From: Phoronis australis
Taxonomy: Eukaryota; Animalia; Phoronida
Length of the DNA stretch: 64,000 bases
Assembly (NCBI GenBank): GCA_002633005.1
Contig: NMRA01000424.1
Coordinates: forward strand, 72,815 to 136,814
Direction: 5' to 3'
Below are positions 28,401 to 41,926 of the stretch, one piece after another. Position 1 is the first letter of the stretch; each line of letters opens with the position of its first letter. Both the position numbers and the translations under genes were made by a program. Under the pieces are notes generated by a model, which had not been told where the DNA came from, made no database searches, and saw nothing but the letters and a program-made list of their open reading frames with translations.

Positions 28401-31400
28401 GAATTATCCACTGCGCAGTCAGTTTTGGACAGATGCTGCCTGTTCACTCACATCTATGATAAACTGAACTTTTGGCTGCTGAAATGTTAAGATGAAGTGA
28501 CTTCTGGAGATCGATCCTAGCACGTTTACATAGGCGCTGTTGCACTGGATGACTGCTATTATGCTATTGTGTCTATGAACTTTTCCTATATGACCTCTGA
28601 CGCCATCCGTAAAAAGGACACGCAACGGTATTTCACTCAGGATATATAGTATGGCGAGCTGGCGTCTTTTGACCTATTTCAATAGGTCACTCTTTCCGTC
28701 TGCCGATCAAAAATTGCAGTGTGTTCCTGAGAAGCCATCGTAGTTTGAATGCCACAGCATGCGTATAGGACTATTACGTCCCTTGGTGGAAGTGTTGCGT
28801 ATGTACTCGAGGTTCAGTGATTCAGGCAAACGGTTATTTAATGAGATACGAAAGTACAAAAAGCAGTCCGTAGTGAGTCCGCCTGAAGCGTGCATGGTTC
28901 GCCGGAACTCAGCCGCGGGTAGACGTTTCCGTGCTCACACCAGGTTTCAAACAAGAATGAAAATTGAATATGGCATAGCCATAAAAGTGTCAGAATACCG
29001 GCCTAAGAAGGTACGTTCAAAATTTCAAGAACTTAATAATTGCTGTAGAGGTATTGGTCTGCCACTTTGAATGTAGGCCTACACTCATGCGACACAGACA
29101 GCAAGAGCATCCTTTGTCTAAAGTGTAACATCTCAAAGCATAAACAAATGCTCATACAATTTCAAGGTTTCCATTACAATGTATTTTTGCTGCCTGAATG
29201 TTAAACTCTCCGTATTTCAGGCCATATCCCATGGCCTTCGTTACCACAACATTACTGAGCTTCTATGGACGAACTTCAGCGTAAGTTTGACGAAAAAGAG
29301 AAATTAGTTGTTTTTGCTAAGCCAAAGTAAATGAACGTCACAGTGGAATATCTCAACACGTCGTCCATTTTTGTTAAGAAATCCAATGGCGGTTGTAGAC
29401 TTGTCACTTCCTTTGGTGAAGTTGCTCAATACAAGTCCCAAACTTCGTTAATGCCTAACGTAGACAGTGTCTTACGGGATATTGCACAGTGGAAGTTCCT
29501 CGTCGTTTCGGATCTTTTACAGTTCTACAAAATACCTCTTAGTCAATTCTCCATGAAGTACTGTGATGCCGTCACTCCTTGTAAAGACATTCGTGTATAC
29601 CCGTGCCGCCATGGAATGACTGGATCTGGGACGTGCATTCAGGAGATGATATCTCGCATCTTAGGCGATCTCATCCAAGAAGATGATTGGCAAGTTTTCG
29701 GTTCTACCCCTCACGAAGCCCTGCAAAACTGTCGTCGTGTTTAGCTGCCCTGAAGCATAAGAACCTTCACATGTCTGCCAGAAAGATCATAATTTGTCCT
29801 ACGTCGACTGTCGTACTTGGTTCGATATGGTTCAGTGGTACCTTCCAAGCAAGCATCACAAGGTCACAGCCGTGTCTTCATTGTCTCCCCCAACCATGGA
29901 CTGCGGTCTTACATTGGTGCATACAAGGCGTTGAGCCACGTCACAGAGGGTTACGCTGGCCTGTTGAATCAACTGGAACGTACTGCCACAGGTCGTGATT
30001 TGAATTATCATGTCACCTGGTCGTATGGTTTACTTACCGCTTTCAGGGCCTATCCAACACCAAAGTCATCATTATACTCCTGCCTTAAGGTCTCTTATTT
30101 TTTGTAGTCACCAATAGGTCAATCAAGAATCGTAGCACTGGTGCTACCTAACTTTTACATCAACAGAGATGGCAATCAGCTAGGGGGATTCTTCAACGCC
30201 AAATTACGAAAACATCAAATTACTTGGTTACTACGCGAAGTGGAAGCACTATTCATAGGTGCTCATGTTCGTCACTTTGTTCCGTTCATCATCGAGTCTG
30301 ATCATACCACACAGTGCCTGTTCGTGGAAGTGGAATTACTATACGTATTGACTACGCTCCCGGTTTTGTTGATTTTGCTTTGCAGAATTAGAACTTGTTT
30401 CGCAGGGAATTCAACTAGATATTGGAAATGTCCGGAATCTGAGTAAAAACAGTGTTGAGGAGCGTGTTACAGAAAAATTGGAAATGGAACTTCCCCGGTG
30501 GTCTTATTTCTGCCGTGACGTGGCATTCGCCACATCTTGTCTCGATCAATTCCCGTTTACATCAGGATGGTTCATCGTCACGTTAACTATGTACCCAACG
30601 GACCTAGCGGTACTTCTAAGGTTCGTGGTGGCATTGCGCCGTTTACCACTTTGCTCTCAGTTGGTCTGTTAGTGCACCTAAAAGTTGACAAAAACAAGAC
30701 CCAAGCTCGGGAGCGTTATTTGGTCGCTGCCATTTCTAATGATCGGTGTGAGCTACGCAAATTTACCTCATCCCAATTTCGCTGTAAGACTTCCACCGCG
30801 CGGATGTCTGATTGTTACGGTGGTCCCAGTACTGCCTTTCGATCTGCTGCACCTGCTTGAGTAGTCATTTGATGACGATGTCAACTTTGGCCTGCTGACA
30901 CTTCCTTCTCCATCTTTGGTGACCCAACCTCAGATGTCTCCCAGTGACAAGCTCTTAGCGGAACAACAATCACACGTTCTCGTGCTTCCTTTACCACCGG
31001 CTATCGTGGATTCCCCTGAGTGTTTTCAGACTCACGACCATGCACCCAGTTCCCGATCCCGTTGATCCAGAGGTAACCTCTGATGTACTAGCTTTGCCTC
31101 CTAGTGAGGCCCACTCAATCCATCTACCCCAATCTCAGCCTGGTTAACCACTGACTGTACTTAACGTTTTAGCTTAAGTTTTTTTTTACCTGCTACTGTA
31201 TATTTTTTCTTAAGAGAGCAAGCAAGAGAAAGAAAGAAATAGAATGTGGTTACACGAGTATGTTTGGAATCTAATATTCTAGTGATGGTCTCTGTTCCGG
31301 TTCCTCTTTGTATTCTGTCGTTACTTGTTTCGAATATATCTTCACTTCAGACTCTTTCTTATTGGCGCAGGCTAATTTGTTTACTCAGCGCCAAATTCTT

Positions 31401-34400
31401 GTGTATTCATAAATCAATATCCAGAGCATTGTGAAGCTTGCTTCAACTCCCTTAGTTGGCCTCTCAAGAAGTTAGCTGGGATATTCTAAGTGTTTTTTTT
31501 CTATGTATCGTTTTAACATTTTGGCAACATGCCGGTGAACAATTCTGAAATGACGTGGCAATACCCGCGCAGTTCAAACACCGGGAACATAAATCTACAC
31601 AGGCAATAAAAGCTGGAGATGTGTAAACAATGATCGACTAACATTCATATTCACCTTCACGCTTTTCACAAAGCGGTATCGTACTTTCTTAACATTCAAG
31701 TAAGTAAGCCATCCTCCCTAAACGGTCGCTTTTGTTTTTTAGACCGGCTCGTGGCGGCTCTGATGGTTTTCTTGTACTTCCGGTTGACGCACTCGGCACG
31801 AGGTACTGTTTTGCATTCTGGCAGCAGAAGACTGGGCCGTCACACGCGCTCGTCGTATCCGCTCACAACAACGAGGAACTGAACAACATCTATGTGGAGA
31901 CACCAAAGACAGCAACCAACGACTGGACAAACCCCGTCGAACGGTTTTCATTGCCAGCAGGAAAAGATTTAGAGATTGAGCTTTTTGCTAATGAGGTGAC
32001 TAGCTTTTTGTGCGTGATGCATGCACTTCGAAAAGATGCTAAGCCCAGTTTTTTTACCATTAACGGATATAAGCGCAGAATTCAGACTTCAGTGTTTGAA
32101 ACAAAATAATGCGTCTTATTCGAGTTCAACGACTCCTTACAAAATCTGCTCAACTGACAAGCGTGAGTAACGATTCGGGCGAGTTAATGGACCATTGTTG
32201 GGAAAGACCGCGGGTCTCAAACCACGCAAACCCCGTGACACAATGAGGGTGCAGTTTCAGCTAAACAATGTTCACAGCTTGGGGATAAACTAATTGTGCA
32301 ATAGCAGAGGATTTCGGTTTTACCCAAAACAGGTATTAGTGTTCGGTTAATGATGGGTCGAGTTTCAAACTTACAAGTTCATGAACGCAGTCGTTATCCA
32401 TGCTGTGTTATTTTTTGTTTCCACGTTAATTCAATGGGCGATTAAGGTGTGCTAGCGAAGAACGGCCCTGATATATCCTGAATTGACCGAGAGCAGGAAG
32501 CATATGCAGTTCAGAGCATATATGGGCGGCGCGCCATAGGGGGCTGGGGGGTTAGCCCCCACTTTTTTCAGTACTGTGCCGCCCATGTTTGTTGGATTAG
32601 TGTCCCACTTATTTGTAGCGGTGTGACGTTATTGAATTTCGCCCCATTTTTTCGTTATTCCAATTCCAGCTGAGAGTTATAGTGGGTTATTATGGAAACG
32701 TGGGCACTAAACATCCATTTCTTGGAAACAGGTAGCATTGTCATTTCTGAACTGATAACTCAACAACGTCGTTTTCGTTTGCAAATCCAGATAGTGAAAC
32801 CTCCCTGAATGTCATGGATACATGTATGCTCCTATTATGTTGACTGAAATGTCTTCAGACTGTTCATGTGTGTTTAATTATAACTCATTGCGGTATATAC
32901 GCATTCTTCGTTCGATATTATTCGTTGTATTTTGGGAATGAGGAACTTGTAATTGAGAAGCATCACCGTCGCTGATTCGGAGCACACCAGAGGCGCTTCA
33001 ACTGCCTGTTGCCGTGGATGTAGTGTTAATACACACTAGCTTATGATGCTACATTTCCAGCTTGTAGTGCTCACAGAAAACACAAACAAGGGACCGTACT
33101 GCTTGAACTCTACAAAACCTGTCGCGGTGATTGTTGCCTCTCGCTGGGCTACACAAGGCGACAAAGACAGTGGGCGGTATGGTCACATGGCCGAGATGAT
33201 TCCACCGATAGACCAATGGGGAAACAAGATACACGTCGATGCACTTGTCGAGCGAACGAATACCAAATGTCACGTGTTGCATACGCATGAAATGGGCGGC
33301 AGTAGACTAAGTTTGCAAGGTAATTAAGATCGACTTACAGTTATGTACTCTGCGTGTGCGAACTACAATATTAAGAGGGTTGAGTTCAATATCATCGCGG
33401 CGACAAAATTGAGCCAAAATCATGAGCTCACATTGAAAATGCACGGTCATATCTCGCGAAGAATCTCGCGAGATCTGGCTTTTTACTGAGACAATAACTC
33501 GCCCAGAAAGTCATGTGACTTTCAAAGAGGCAGACCACGGATTGAGAATGGTTTCTGGGTCTTTTGTAACCTAGTAGACGGATAGCCATGATTTTAACCG
33601 CCTGTTGATCATATCCTTTTGCTGTTCTAATTGAAATTCGTGCACTGCGCAATATGAAACACCTGACTTCAGAGGCCCGCACATTTTAGCCGAGGTATTC
33701 CGAATAAAACTGATACACACCAATAGCAGTAGTTTCGGTAAAAAGACTTTTGTGGTGCTGAAAATTTGACCATTCATCCCACTTGAGTAATAGCTGTAAA
33801 TGGTTTTACAGTGTGACTGGCAAACTCTTTGCTAAATTTCATAAACTTGTTTATTAATTGAAACATTATGGGGATTATGCAACAGGAATTGTCAACTGAC
33901 TTATTGACTATATTCGCAGACTGTAACAAAGAATGGAAAACGTTTAATGAATTGTCGGGTCCAACGTCAGATAATCCAAAGATGACTCTCGTGATGACTG
34001 GCTCCCCGGCTGTCCTGACGTACATGCCACCTGTCGAACAGTTTACAAACTACTACATGTTCGTGGTGCCCGAGTCTAGTCATACATTTCGCAATGGAAC
34101 GGTGATGCCCTACACTAGCACGCTGTCAGTCATCATTCAGGAGTACAAGATGGCGGGACTTTTGTTGGACGGTGTCAAGTAGGTGTCTTACCTCGAAAAC
34201 AGCTTGCTGCCTTCGACTGCGGATAGGAAACAGTACCGCGGGTTACACTGTACTTTAATTTGTCCAGCACTGATTCTCAACGTACAATGCGCGAAATAAT
34301 GTTTTTGCTCGGACATGGAAGTTTGTGTACCTTGCACTTTCATGAGAGCGTTTTTCAATGTCACAAAGTAGATCTAGTGATTCGAGGTGGGTGGTCCTTT

Positions 34401-37400
34401 GACGTGGATGGTGACACAGCTGTCTGGTAACTTGCCCACAGCTATACGTTCACTTATTTAATGGACCTTTGCAGACTTACTCCAATTTTCAAGTTTAGGG
34501 TTTACGAGGGTACAGATAATTACTTCTCCAAAGATGTAAAAGGATCGAGTCGTTTTTGAAATTTCTGATAAGCCAATAAGTGAGTTATGTGTCTTTTAAT
34601 CGTATGCGTAACACCAATGAAATGAATAAGTGACCGTTCTCAGTGTGCGAGTCCATTGAACCAATCAGTGATGAATACTCGCTTAAGTTTTAGGTCTACG
34701 TATTTAAAAACTGTTATCATTACCATTACTGTCATAAAAACCCATAGCATCATTTGTACTAGTAGAAGGCCCAGTTATAACTAGTATATGACACGTCTCC
34801 GTCAATGGGCGACTTGGCGCTTGTGCGACAACCTATGAAAATGCACGCATTCAGCTAGTCACGTGGGACGGTGAGATCTAGTCGCCCAAGTGCCGATTAT
34901 CTAGTTCCGCAGATCTTGTTTCGTACGAGAAAAACAAGAACTTGCAAGATTTCGAGCGATATTGCCAAGTTTTGCAATCGAAGCTCGTAATCACTCTACT
35001 CTTTTCAGCGAGGTGCTTGCATCTACGAAAGGCTCTATCTTGCTTTCTGCTCGCAATCTATGCTTTTGGCAGTTCGGGGGTGCGAATGTCTGACGGGCAA
35101 AATTCTGGCTAATACTCTGCCCTGGCCCACCCCAACTCAAAATCCTGGAACCACCGCTGAGTTTTCTTTACTCATTAGCACAACTTATTGAATGATTGAC
35201 GACGATGATCAACGACTTCTTTACAGGATCGAAAAGGTAGTTCACGACCTCACCATCGGCATTATGCCTAATTTTGTGATTCTTCACGTCCCCGTGACGT
35301 CAGGAGCTCATCAGTTGTACCACGAACATTCCCAGAAGAGCTTCGGTGTCGTTGTGCATGGCGTCACTAGCCGCGGTGACGCGTACGCGTTTCCCGCTGG
35401 ATTGTTGCACACGAAGACGTCCAAATGGTGCCGCAAAAGACCGTACAAGAGCGAATACCAGGGAAATGGTATTGACGATGACTGCGACGGTGAGGCGGAT
35501 GAAGAGATACTTAACTTTAATGATGACGACAAGGACGGAAAAGTGGACGAAGACATAACAGACATGCTAAGGACGTATATAATCGAATCACCTTCTGCAA
35601 AAGGTGAGACTTTACATGTATATTTCCTGTTAATACTGGTATACAATAGCAGTTTCCCTTTTATTGTTCTGACTTCCTATGGGGCATTGAGCAGGGGATT
35701 GTTACTTTTTTGGGACTATTCATATATGGTCATCTCGACTTTTGATCTCGCCATGTTCTCATTATCACGACTTCTTATCTCGTTATCTTGCCATTTCATC
35801 TCGGTATCTCGACCTCTGTCTTTCTTCTGGTTATTTTGACCCGGCTTTAGCGTGTTATTTAGATTACATGTCGTTATTATTAGACTTCTAGGGCTACACT
35901 TCGGTAGAAACACTTCCGAAAATTTGTTTCTCAGCCCTTGACAATTATCGTTAATTTGTATTTCCGCTTGAGGTTGTCAACCAAAGAGGTTCTATAGTGT
36001 AAGTCAGCGACTATTGCTTACCAATGATGAAATAGAAACAAAGATGGTGACGTGCAGTTACTTTTGGATGCTCAGGAGTCCTGTTAGCGGTCACTATGTC
36101 TGTGGGGATTTTATTTACGGCGCTGTTCTCATTTTTTCAAATGCGTTATGGGACGGTTGTCTGTTCAACACGGATCCATTGCAACATGCCATTTGTGCTT
36201 GTGCGACATAGATTGAAAGTGAGACAGAAAACGCATGGCAAAAAATAGTTGACTACGTAGATTAGCGAATCTGTTGCACAAGATTCTCGAGGCGCGCGCC
36301 ATCCTATATCACGCTAAGTAAAATATCATCACCTCAAGCACAGACTAAAAATCGGATTACACGTCCCCAAGTTATTGGTACTTTCATTTGATGTTTTCAA
36401 ACCAACGACCATCCCGCGATGAATTTTAAAAATAACAGCAGCGCCGTAGAAGAAAATCCCTCGATTATTGACGCGAAACTATTGACCGCTGGTGAGTTTA
36501 AAACTCCAAAATCTGTCCAACGCATACATGTATGCACTGCATATCGATACCGCCGACAAGACCTATTGATGAGAACCTCCGATTGCACACAGGCAATTTA
36601 GGTCGATCATAGGGTAACAGTTTGTCATAAAAGATCATTATGTGCACAATTTATAATTTTGACGGTTACTTATATTTTATGTCCGTAAGAGAATAATTCG
36701 CTTGTTCTCTTACGTAAATGACACATCGCAGCAAGCAAAAAACGATTAAGCGAGATCTGGCGAGACGTCTGTCACATACATAACACAAGAAAATTCATCA
36801 GGCCGCTAGATTTCGTAAAACTTTTAAGAGAATTAAAATACTCGTACAGTAGAATACTGTTGATAGAAGTGTTGCAAATGAACACCCCTTTTTCTGAAAA
36901 ACTAACTTGTGGCTGAACTTTTAAAGGTTAGATAAGTGAAGGATTAGTCTCCCTGCTGCCTCGCTGTTTCCCTGCGTGCCGCTAGGTCAGTGGTCGGTAG
37001 CCAGCACGCAGGTGTCACTTAATTTTCCTCGGGAAATGTTTTTACACCGGCGTTTCTGATTGGCTAGTCGACTTCTCAACAGGCAGCGCTTTACGCAAAC
37101 AAACTGACATGACTGATGGACTGAGGTGTAAGTGTGGTCTGTTGTACAGACAAATCGGTGCTTAAACTTTATGTTCAGGAAATGTGAATCCTAGAAATTG
37201 TGGTTGCGCCTTTTCGGAGTGCATCTTTCTACTTACGATACTGTCCTGTATTCATACAGTAGGAATAACACACCGGTTAAATCGGCCATATATGTGTTTA
37301 TTGTACATGTATGTGCTTCAAGCACGCGGCTATTAAACATCACTGCAGAAACGAAATAGTTGCTGCGACGCCATTTGCATGACAAGGATAAAAATCGTTT

Positions 37401-38729
37401 ACAGTCAGCCATTTTTTTCACGGTGTTGTAAAGCTAACCAATGACTGCTGATGTTACATCAACAAATGCTAAAGCGCGTGACACTGCGTTATACCTGCGT
37501 GGCTAGGCATGTTTGGAACCAGCGAGGTTCCCTGCGTGCCGCTTGGTAGCCAGCACACAGGTAGCAGGCAGTAGCACGCGCTTTGTCATTGGTTGATGTA
37601 ACCTTGGCAGTCGTTGGTTAGCTTTATAACAAAATGAGAAAATGGCGGACTATGTACGATTTAATTTTAGCCTTGGCATGCAAGTGGCGTAGCAACAACT
37701 ATTTCGTTTCTGCAATAATCCTAATGTTTAATAGCTTGAAGCGCATACATGTACAATATACACGCCGTCATCTGGCCGATATAACTAGTGTGTTATTCAC
37801 ACTGTATGAATACAGGACAGCAACGTAAAAAGGCAACGATGGTAGAAAGATGCACTCCAAAAGAAAGCAACTACAATTTTGTGGGATTCACATTTCTTGA
37901 ACATGAGTTTTATGCACCAATTTGTCTGCACATCAGACCACATTTACACTTCCTCCATCAGTCATGCCAGTTTGTTTGCGTAACGCGCAGAAAAGTTCAA
38001 AGTTACATTACTCGTGATATTGCGGCGATTTCCGTAGAAATGATTCAGAATTCTGACACATTCCATTTCCCATAAGCAAGCCTCAAATGGCCAAACCAAT
38101 CAGCGCCATCTTGATGCTTGGAAACGAGGCTGGCTAGAAGCTTGGTTAGACGTGAGAAGATTTCGTGCATTTTCTATGAGTTGTCTCACTGTGCGTTCTT
38201 TTTTCCAGAAATGAGGACATCTAGACAGGTAGCTAGGTCTTCGAATTCGAATACGCTTGTGATAGTCGCAATGATGGCATTTCTAGGGCTTTTGGTGGTT
38301 TTATGTACAGTTCTGATAGCTGTGAAAAAACGAGCTCTCCTGAAGCAACACTGCTGCAAGAAGAGCGGTGCGGAGGGGTGGAGAGAAATGGAAAGCAGAC
38401 GACGAGTTGAAACGTCAATAGAACCGAATAAAGACGATAATAAAAAGGTTAAAACGGCACCCGTTGTTCTCCAAACAAATGAAGAGAAACCGCGAGAGGT
38501 GGCCCCATCTGATGGAATGTTGGAAAATGCGACAATTGGTAGTGCGACAACATCGGTCATCGCGACAACGACAGCCAGTAAGGAACAAAAAACCGATATT
38601 ACTTCAAAAACGCAACAGGAAAGTGACGAAATTTCCTACACCTCGTCAGTCACCCCTTCAGACATTATGTTGTCGTCTCAGGCATCGAGTTTTAGCAAGT
38701 TTAGTCAGGTGTCGTCTTTTGCGAAGTAA
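25401..38729 (+). CDS. Type I membrane protein with IgGFc-binding protein N-terminal domain, acidic metal-binding-like motif, TM helix and S/T-rich cytoplasmic tail, ~695 aa
   Basis: Exons 25401-25639, 27515-27694, 31743-31995, 33061-33319, 33920-34178, 35227-35603 and 38209-38729 (phases 2,2,0,1,2,1; total 2088 nt). Signal peptide, then GSEFVFAFP, SDGFLVLPVDALGTRY, STKPVAV, HMAEMIPPIDQWG, MPPVEQF, LLLDG and YAFPAG, the typical IgGFc_binding motif order. Then GNGIDDDCDGEADE and TM TLVIVAMMAFLGLLVVLCTVLIAV-KKR. Confidence 0.85.
26614..26715. mobile_element. ~100-bp palindromic mini-element; second copy ~20872-20980
   Basis: Imperfect TIR taggacctcgctaaaa / ttttagctaggtctta. Internal gagattacgtgagatattgccgtg is shared with 20900-20940. 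Confidence 0.55.
29215..31490 (+). mobile_element. Decayed Ty3/Gypsy-like LTR retrotransposon (RT, RNase H, pol C-terminus, PPT and 3' LTR) in intron 2 of the IgGFc-like gene
   Basis: ELQRKFDE..VEYLN.S..VKKSNGGCRLVTSF..LMPNVDSVLRDIAQWK..SDL..FY.IPL..SMKYC; RNase H GGFFNAKLRKHQITWL..EVEAL; C-terminal DKNKTQARERYLV..RKFTSSQFR. A purine tract at ~31212-31244 is followed by TGTGG (putative LTR start at 31245). Many frameshifts; integrase core not seen. Confidence 0.8.
37145..37935. repeat. Long diverged inverted repeat (two opposed copies of a repeat element) in the last intron of the IgGFc-like gene
   Basis: ~37145-37470 is the reverse complement of ~37585-37935 (e.g. tgtcctgtattcatacagt / actgtatgaatacaggaca; ggagtgcatctttctac / gtagaaagatgcactcc). 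The mirrored ORFs 37233-37421(-) and 37634-37828(+) are homologous. Confidence 0.8.
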
Positions 38730-38898
38730 CGCATAGACCTAACTGACGATGTTAAGGGCAGAAGTGTTGAAAAATTAGCTGGTGTTGCGGTATTGGTTAT
38801 ACAAGTCATATACTCGAACGCATTAGGAACATCTGATCGTATTTTTGTGGCCTGAAATTACCCCTCGCAGGTGTTTCACGCGTGTATCTGCGCAGGTA

Positions 38899-39010
<112 letters not shown>

Positions 39011-40442
39011 TTTAATTTATCTCATTGGTGCAAACTACCACCACTACAGTCCCGTGACTCTCAAAATGAAGAATGCCGTCTTTGCGCCGGGATGCCGCTG
39101 TGGTCACGGGCGCAAACAAGACTTGGCAGTAGGTCTACATAAGGAGGTAGACTATACGAATATCTCTGATTGCTCGCCTTTTGAGACCTGCGGTGTTAAA
39201 GCCTCTAGACAAAATCCTTATGTTGTTATGATTGAAGTCGAACGTGCGCAGACATGAAACACCTCCGAGGGATAATTTGACGGTACAATTTCAAAAATAC
39301 TCAATGTTCGGGAAGACTCGATCGAGTAGATATTTAACAACGAGAGACACTCTGAAATACAATGTACTTTGAAGTGGCTGAGACAGTGAGGTCTTGTAAC
39401 CGGTGAGTTCATGGACAACTTTATTGTGAGTGAAAGTCATAAAGTATTCACTTCTAGTCTCCGATCTGTAAAACTGAACTGAACTTTAGTCGCATCACAA
39501 TACAGTAAATTTGAATGATTGTACTTTTTATGCTTGATTTGCATTTTGTATCGGTGGTTGAAAAAGTAGATCAAAAGATGATTCTCAGCACAACGAACAT
39601 TGTTTTCTCCGGTCTATCTTTTTGCCTGTCGTTCATTCGTTCAAAATCGCCTGCCAAGGGCACCGTTCTTAAGACCTTGGACAAAATTAGACCTTACGCT
39701 CCTGTTAACAACAGCTGAATGAAGGTCTAGCCTGTTAATTGTGTGCGCATCACAGAAATAATTTATGAAAAAATGCTCAATAACCAGCCGTTATGTGTAT
39801 GTTCTCACGGACTTCTCATTTTCGCTCAAGTGACATTTGTGAACTGTGACACCAAATTTCTTATTTAAGACTTCAGTTCCTTTTCATGACACAAACCCCA
39901 GAGTTGTGCAGAGAAATTTTTTAATTATGCTTCCACTTAGCAGTTATGGAGTAAAGTTTTCGCCACGTAATCTTTAGCGCATCACAGTGTGAGGTATAAT
40001 TTATGAGGATTACCTGTTTGTATGCATTTCGAGAGACCTCGTGCTTTTGCTGAGATGGAATCATTATTTTCAGGTATAGTTGTGTAGAATGGTACACGAA
40101 ATTTCTGACTGCGATTGATTTATTTATTTACCATCCGCTGACCGCAAACAAATAAGGGTAATGCAATACAATGTAGGAATTTAACACAACGTTACACAAA
40201 GACTGAAAGACAAATAAGACGAAGGTGCAAATAAATTAAAAAAGGACAATCCATGCACGTGTGACACGAAAACGTAGATACTTGTCTCCATGGTGATCCG
40301 CCCCATATTATACAATTATTGACATTCACCTGAGCAAAGCTACCATGCCTTGACACAGGTTTGCATTAACCTAGTACTTATTTTACGTTGATTTAAGAAC
40401 AAATATGAAACCGGGTGACATAAAAAGGTTTACAAGGTCGGT

Positions 40443-40503
40443 GACGCCCAGGTGGCGCAGTGGTAGTAGTTTCTTTCCAACAAGAATATTACGGAATCGA
40501 ATC
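40443..40503 (+). mobile_element. Degenerate tRNA-derived SINE head
   Basis: A-box-like ggtggcgcagtggt and B-box-like ggaatcgaatc, but no complete cloverleaf. Confidence 0.3.
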
Positions 40504-41774
40504 AAGAGGAGATCCGTGTTACTTCAACAAAATATTTTTAAAATTACGTAACACCTGCACCAACAAGACTATCTGCAAAACTGTGGAGTAGAACTTGGCA
40601 AAGAATATGTTTTATGAAAGTACAAATTTGGTGAAAATTGAATTTTGACTTTATACCAGTCTGTCATTAATTAGGTCGCTTGACGTTGCTTTTTCGTAAA
40701 ATTAAGTAAAAAAAGAAGAGTACACTCGTAGAAAAACGACAGGATCACTAACATGAGTAAATTTCTTGTGATATAAATGTTCAAGATAAAATCTCAAAAA
40801 CACGATCATAGTATCCATAATCATCATTTGTTTTTGTTTTATGCAACTACACCACTCAGCGGCTGACGTCATCTAACGTGAAAATAGAATACTTAACACG
40901 CGCAACAATCTCATGTTCAGCAAAGGGCATTGCACCGACACTTTTACGCGATGAAAAATGAGACGCATAATTTCCATAAAAACGATATTCTAATTCAGTG
41001 AAATTTTTCTCTCGTGTTCTCTCATTTGTAAATCACCGATTTCCAATTTGAATGCAAGTGTCGTGTAGTCGGGATCCTTTGACTTGAGCGTTATAGTCAG
41101 TTACTAGTGGTAACCTACTTCAGCAGACGATATATTCCCGGTCGAAGCTTAGCGTGATAAAATGTGTAGTAAGCTATAACAGTTGCTAAACCTTAATTTA
41201 TAGATTCACTTCTATTTTGTTTTATTTTTCAATTGGTTTTAAGTAAAGACATTATTTTACAAAAACATCTCGGCTTTTCTTAAAAGGTCACGACCTCCGA
41301 CCCCGGGCCTGTGACGTAGAAAGTAGTAACAAAGCCGAGGCGAGTCGAGAAAGGTAGATCGATTCATTGCAATGTTTCTCGTTCAGTATGTGGTATAAAT
41401 AGTAACGCCCCTCGGGCGATAATTCCCCAAAATCCTCTCGGGCTCTAGATAACGGGGGATAACGACTTCGTCATGTAATAATCTATATTTATTTCACTTT
41501 TTTGTTTAGGTTTGAAAACGCATATCTTAGTATTGGCATGCAAAAGTATTGCGCACGGAGCTGAACCCAAAGTGATGGTTTAAAAAAAACATATTTTATG
41601 AAGTGTTGTGTGCTCAGGTGGTAATTTTAGCGAGAAGAGGCATCCATATTCAACGCGCGTTAAATACGGAAAACACATATTCAACGCGCGTTCAATGCGA
41701 AAAAGTCAATCTTCCATATCAAACTTCTCAATACGACCCGTAATCCATGGCCATACCATCACGCGTAGGCTATA

Positions 41775-41926
41775 GGATAAATACACAAAACGTACTGAGA
41801 GTGGCGTACATGAAGTAATATCCCACTCGATCTTATTCCGCGTATCGACATCGACCTTCGGTCTCGGTCGATACGCGGAATAATGTCTCGTGGGATATTA
41901 CATCGAGGTACGTTTTGTATTTATCC
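41775..41926. repeat. ~150-bp hairpin with perfect 17-bp core stem
   Basis: ttattccgcgtatcgac (41833-41849) / gtcgatacgcggaataa (41867-41883). Outer arms are aatatcccac/gtgggatatt and ggataaatac..aaaacgtac/gtacgtttt..gtatttatcc. Confidence 0.85.

Noticed and set aside
34475-34560. Extra exon of the IgGFc-like gene (tttgcag acceptor)
   Set aside because: No phase-2 GT donor before the stop, and 34178 joins 35227 directly in frame.
37233-37828. Pair of similar small ORFs on opposite strands as genes
   Set aside because: They are simply the mirrored arms of an inverted repeat.
40443-40520. tRNA gene
   Set aside because: Only A/B-box-like remnants with no acceptor or anticodon stems; the same applies to ~43570-43640.
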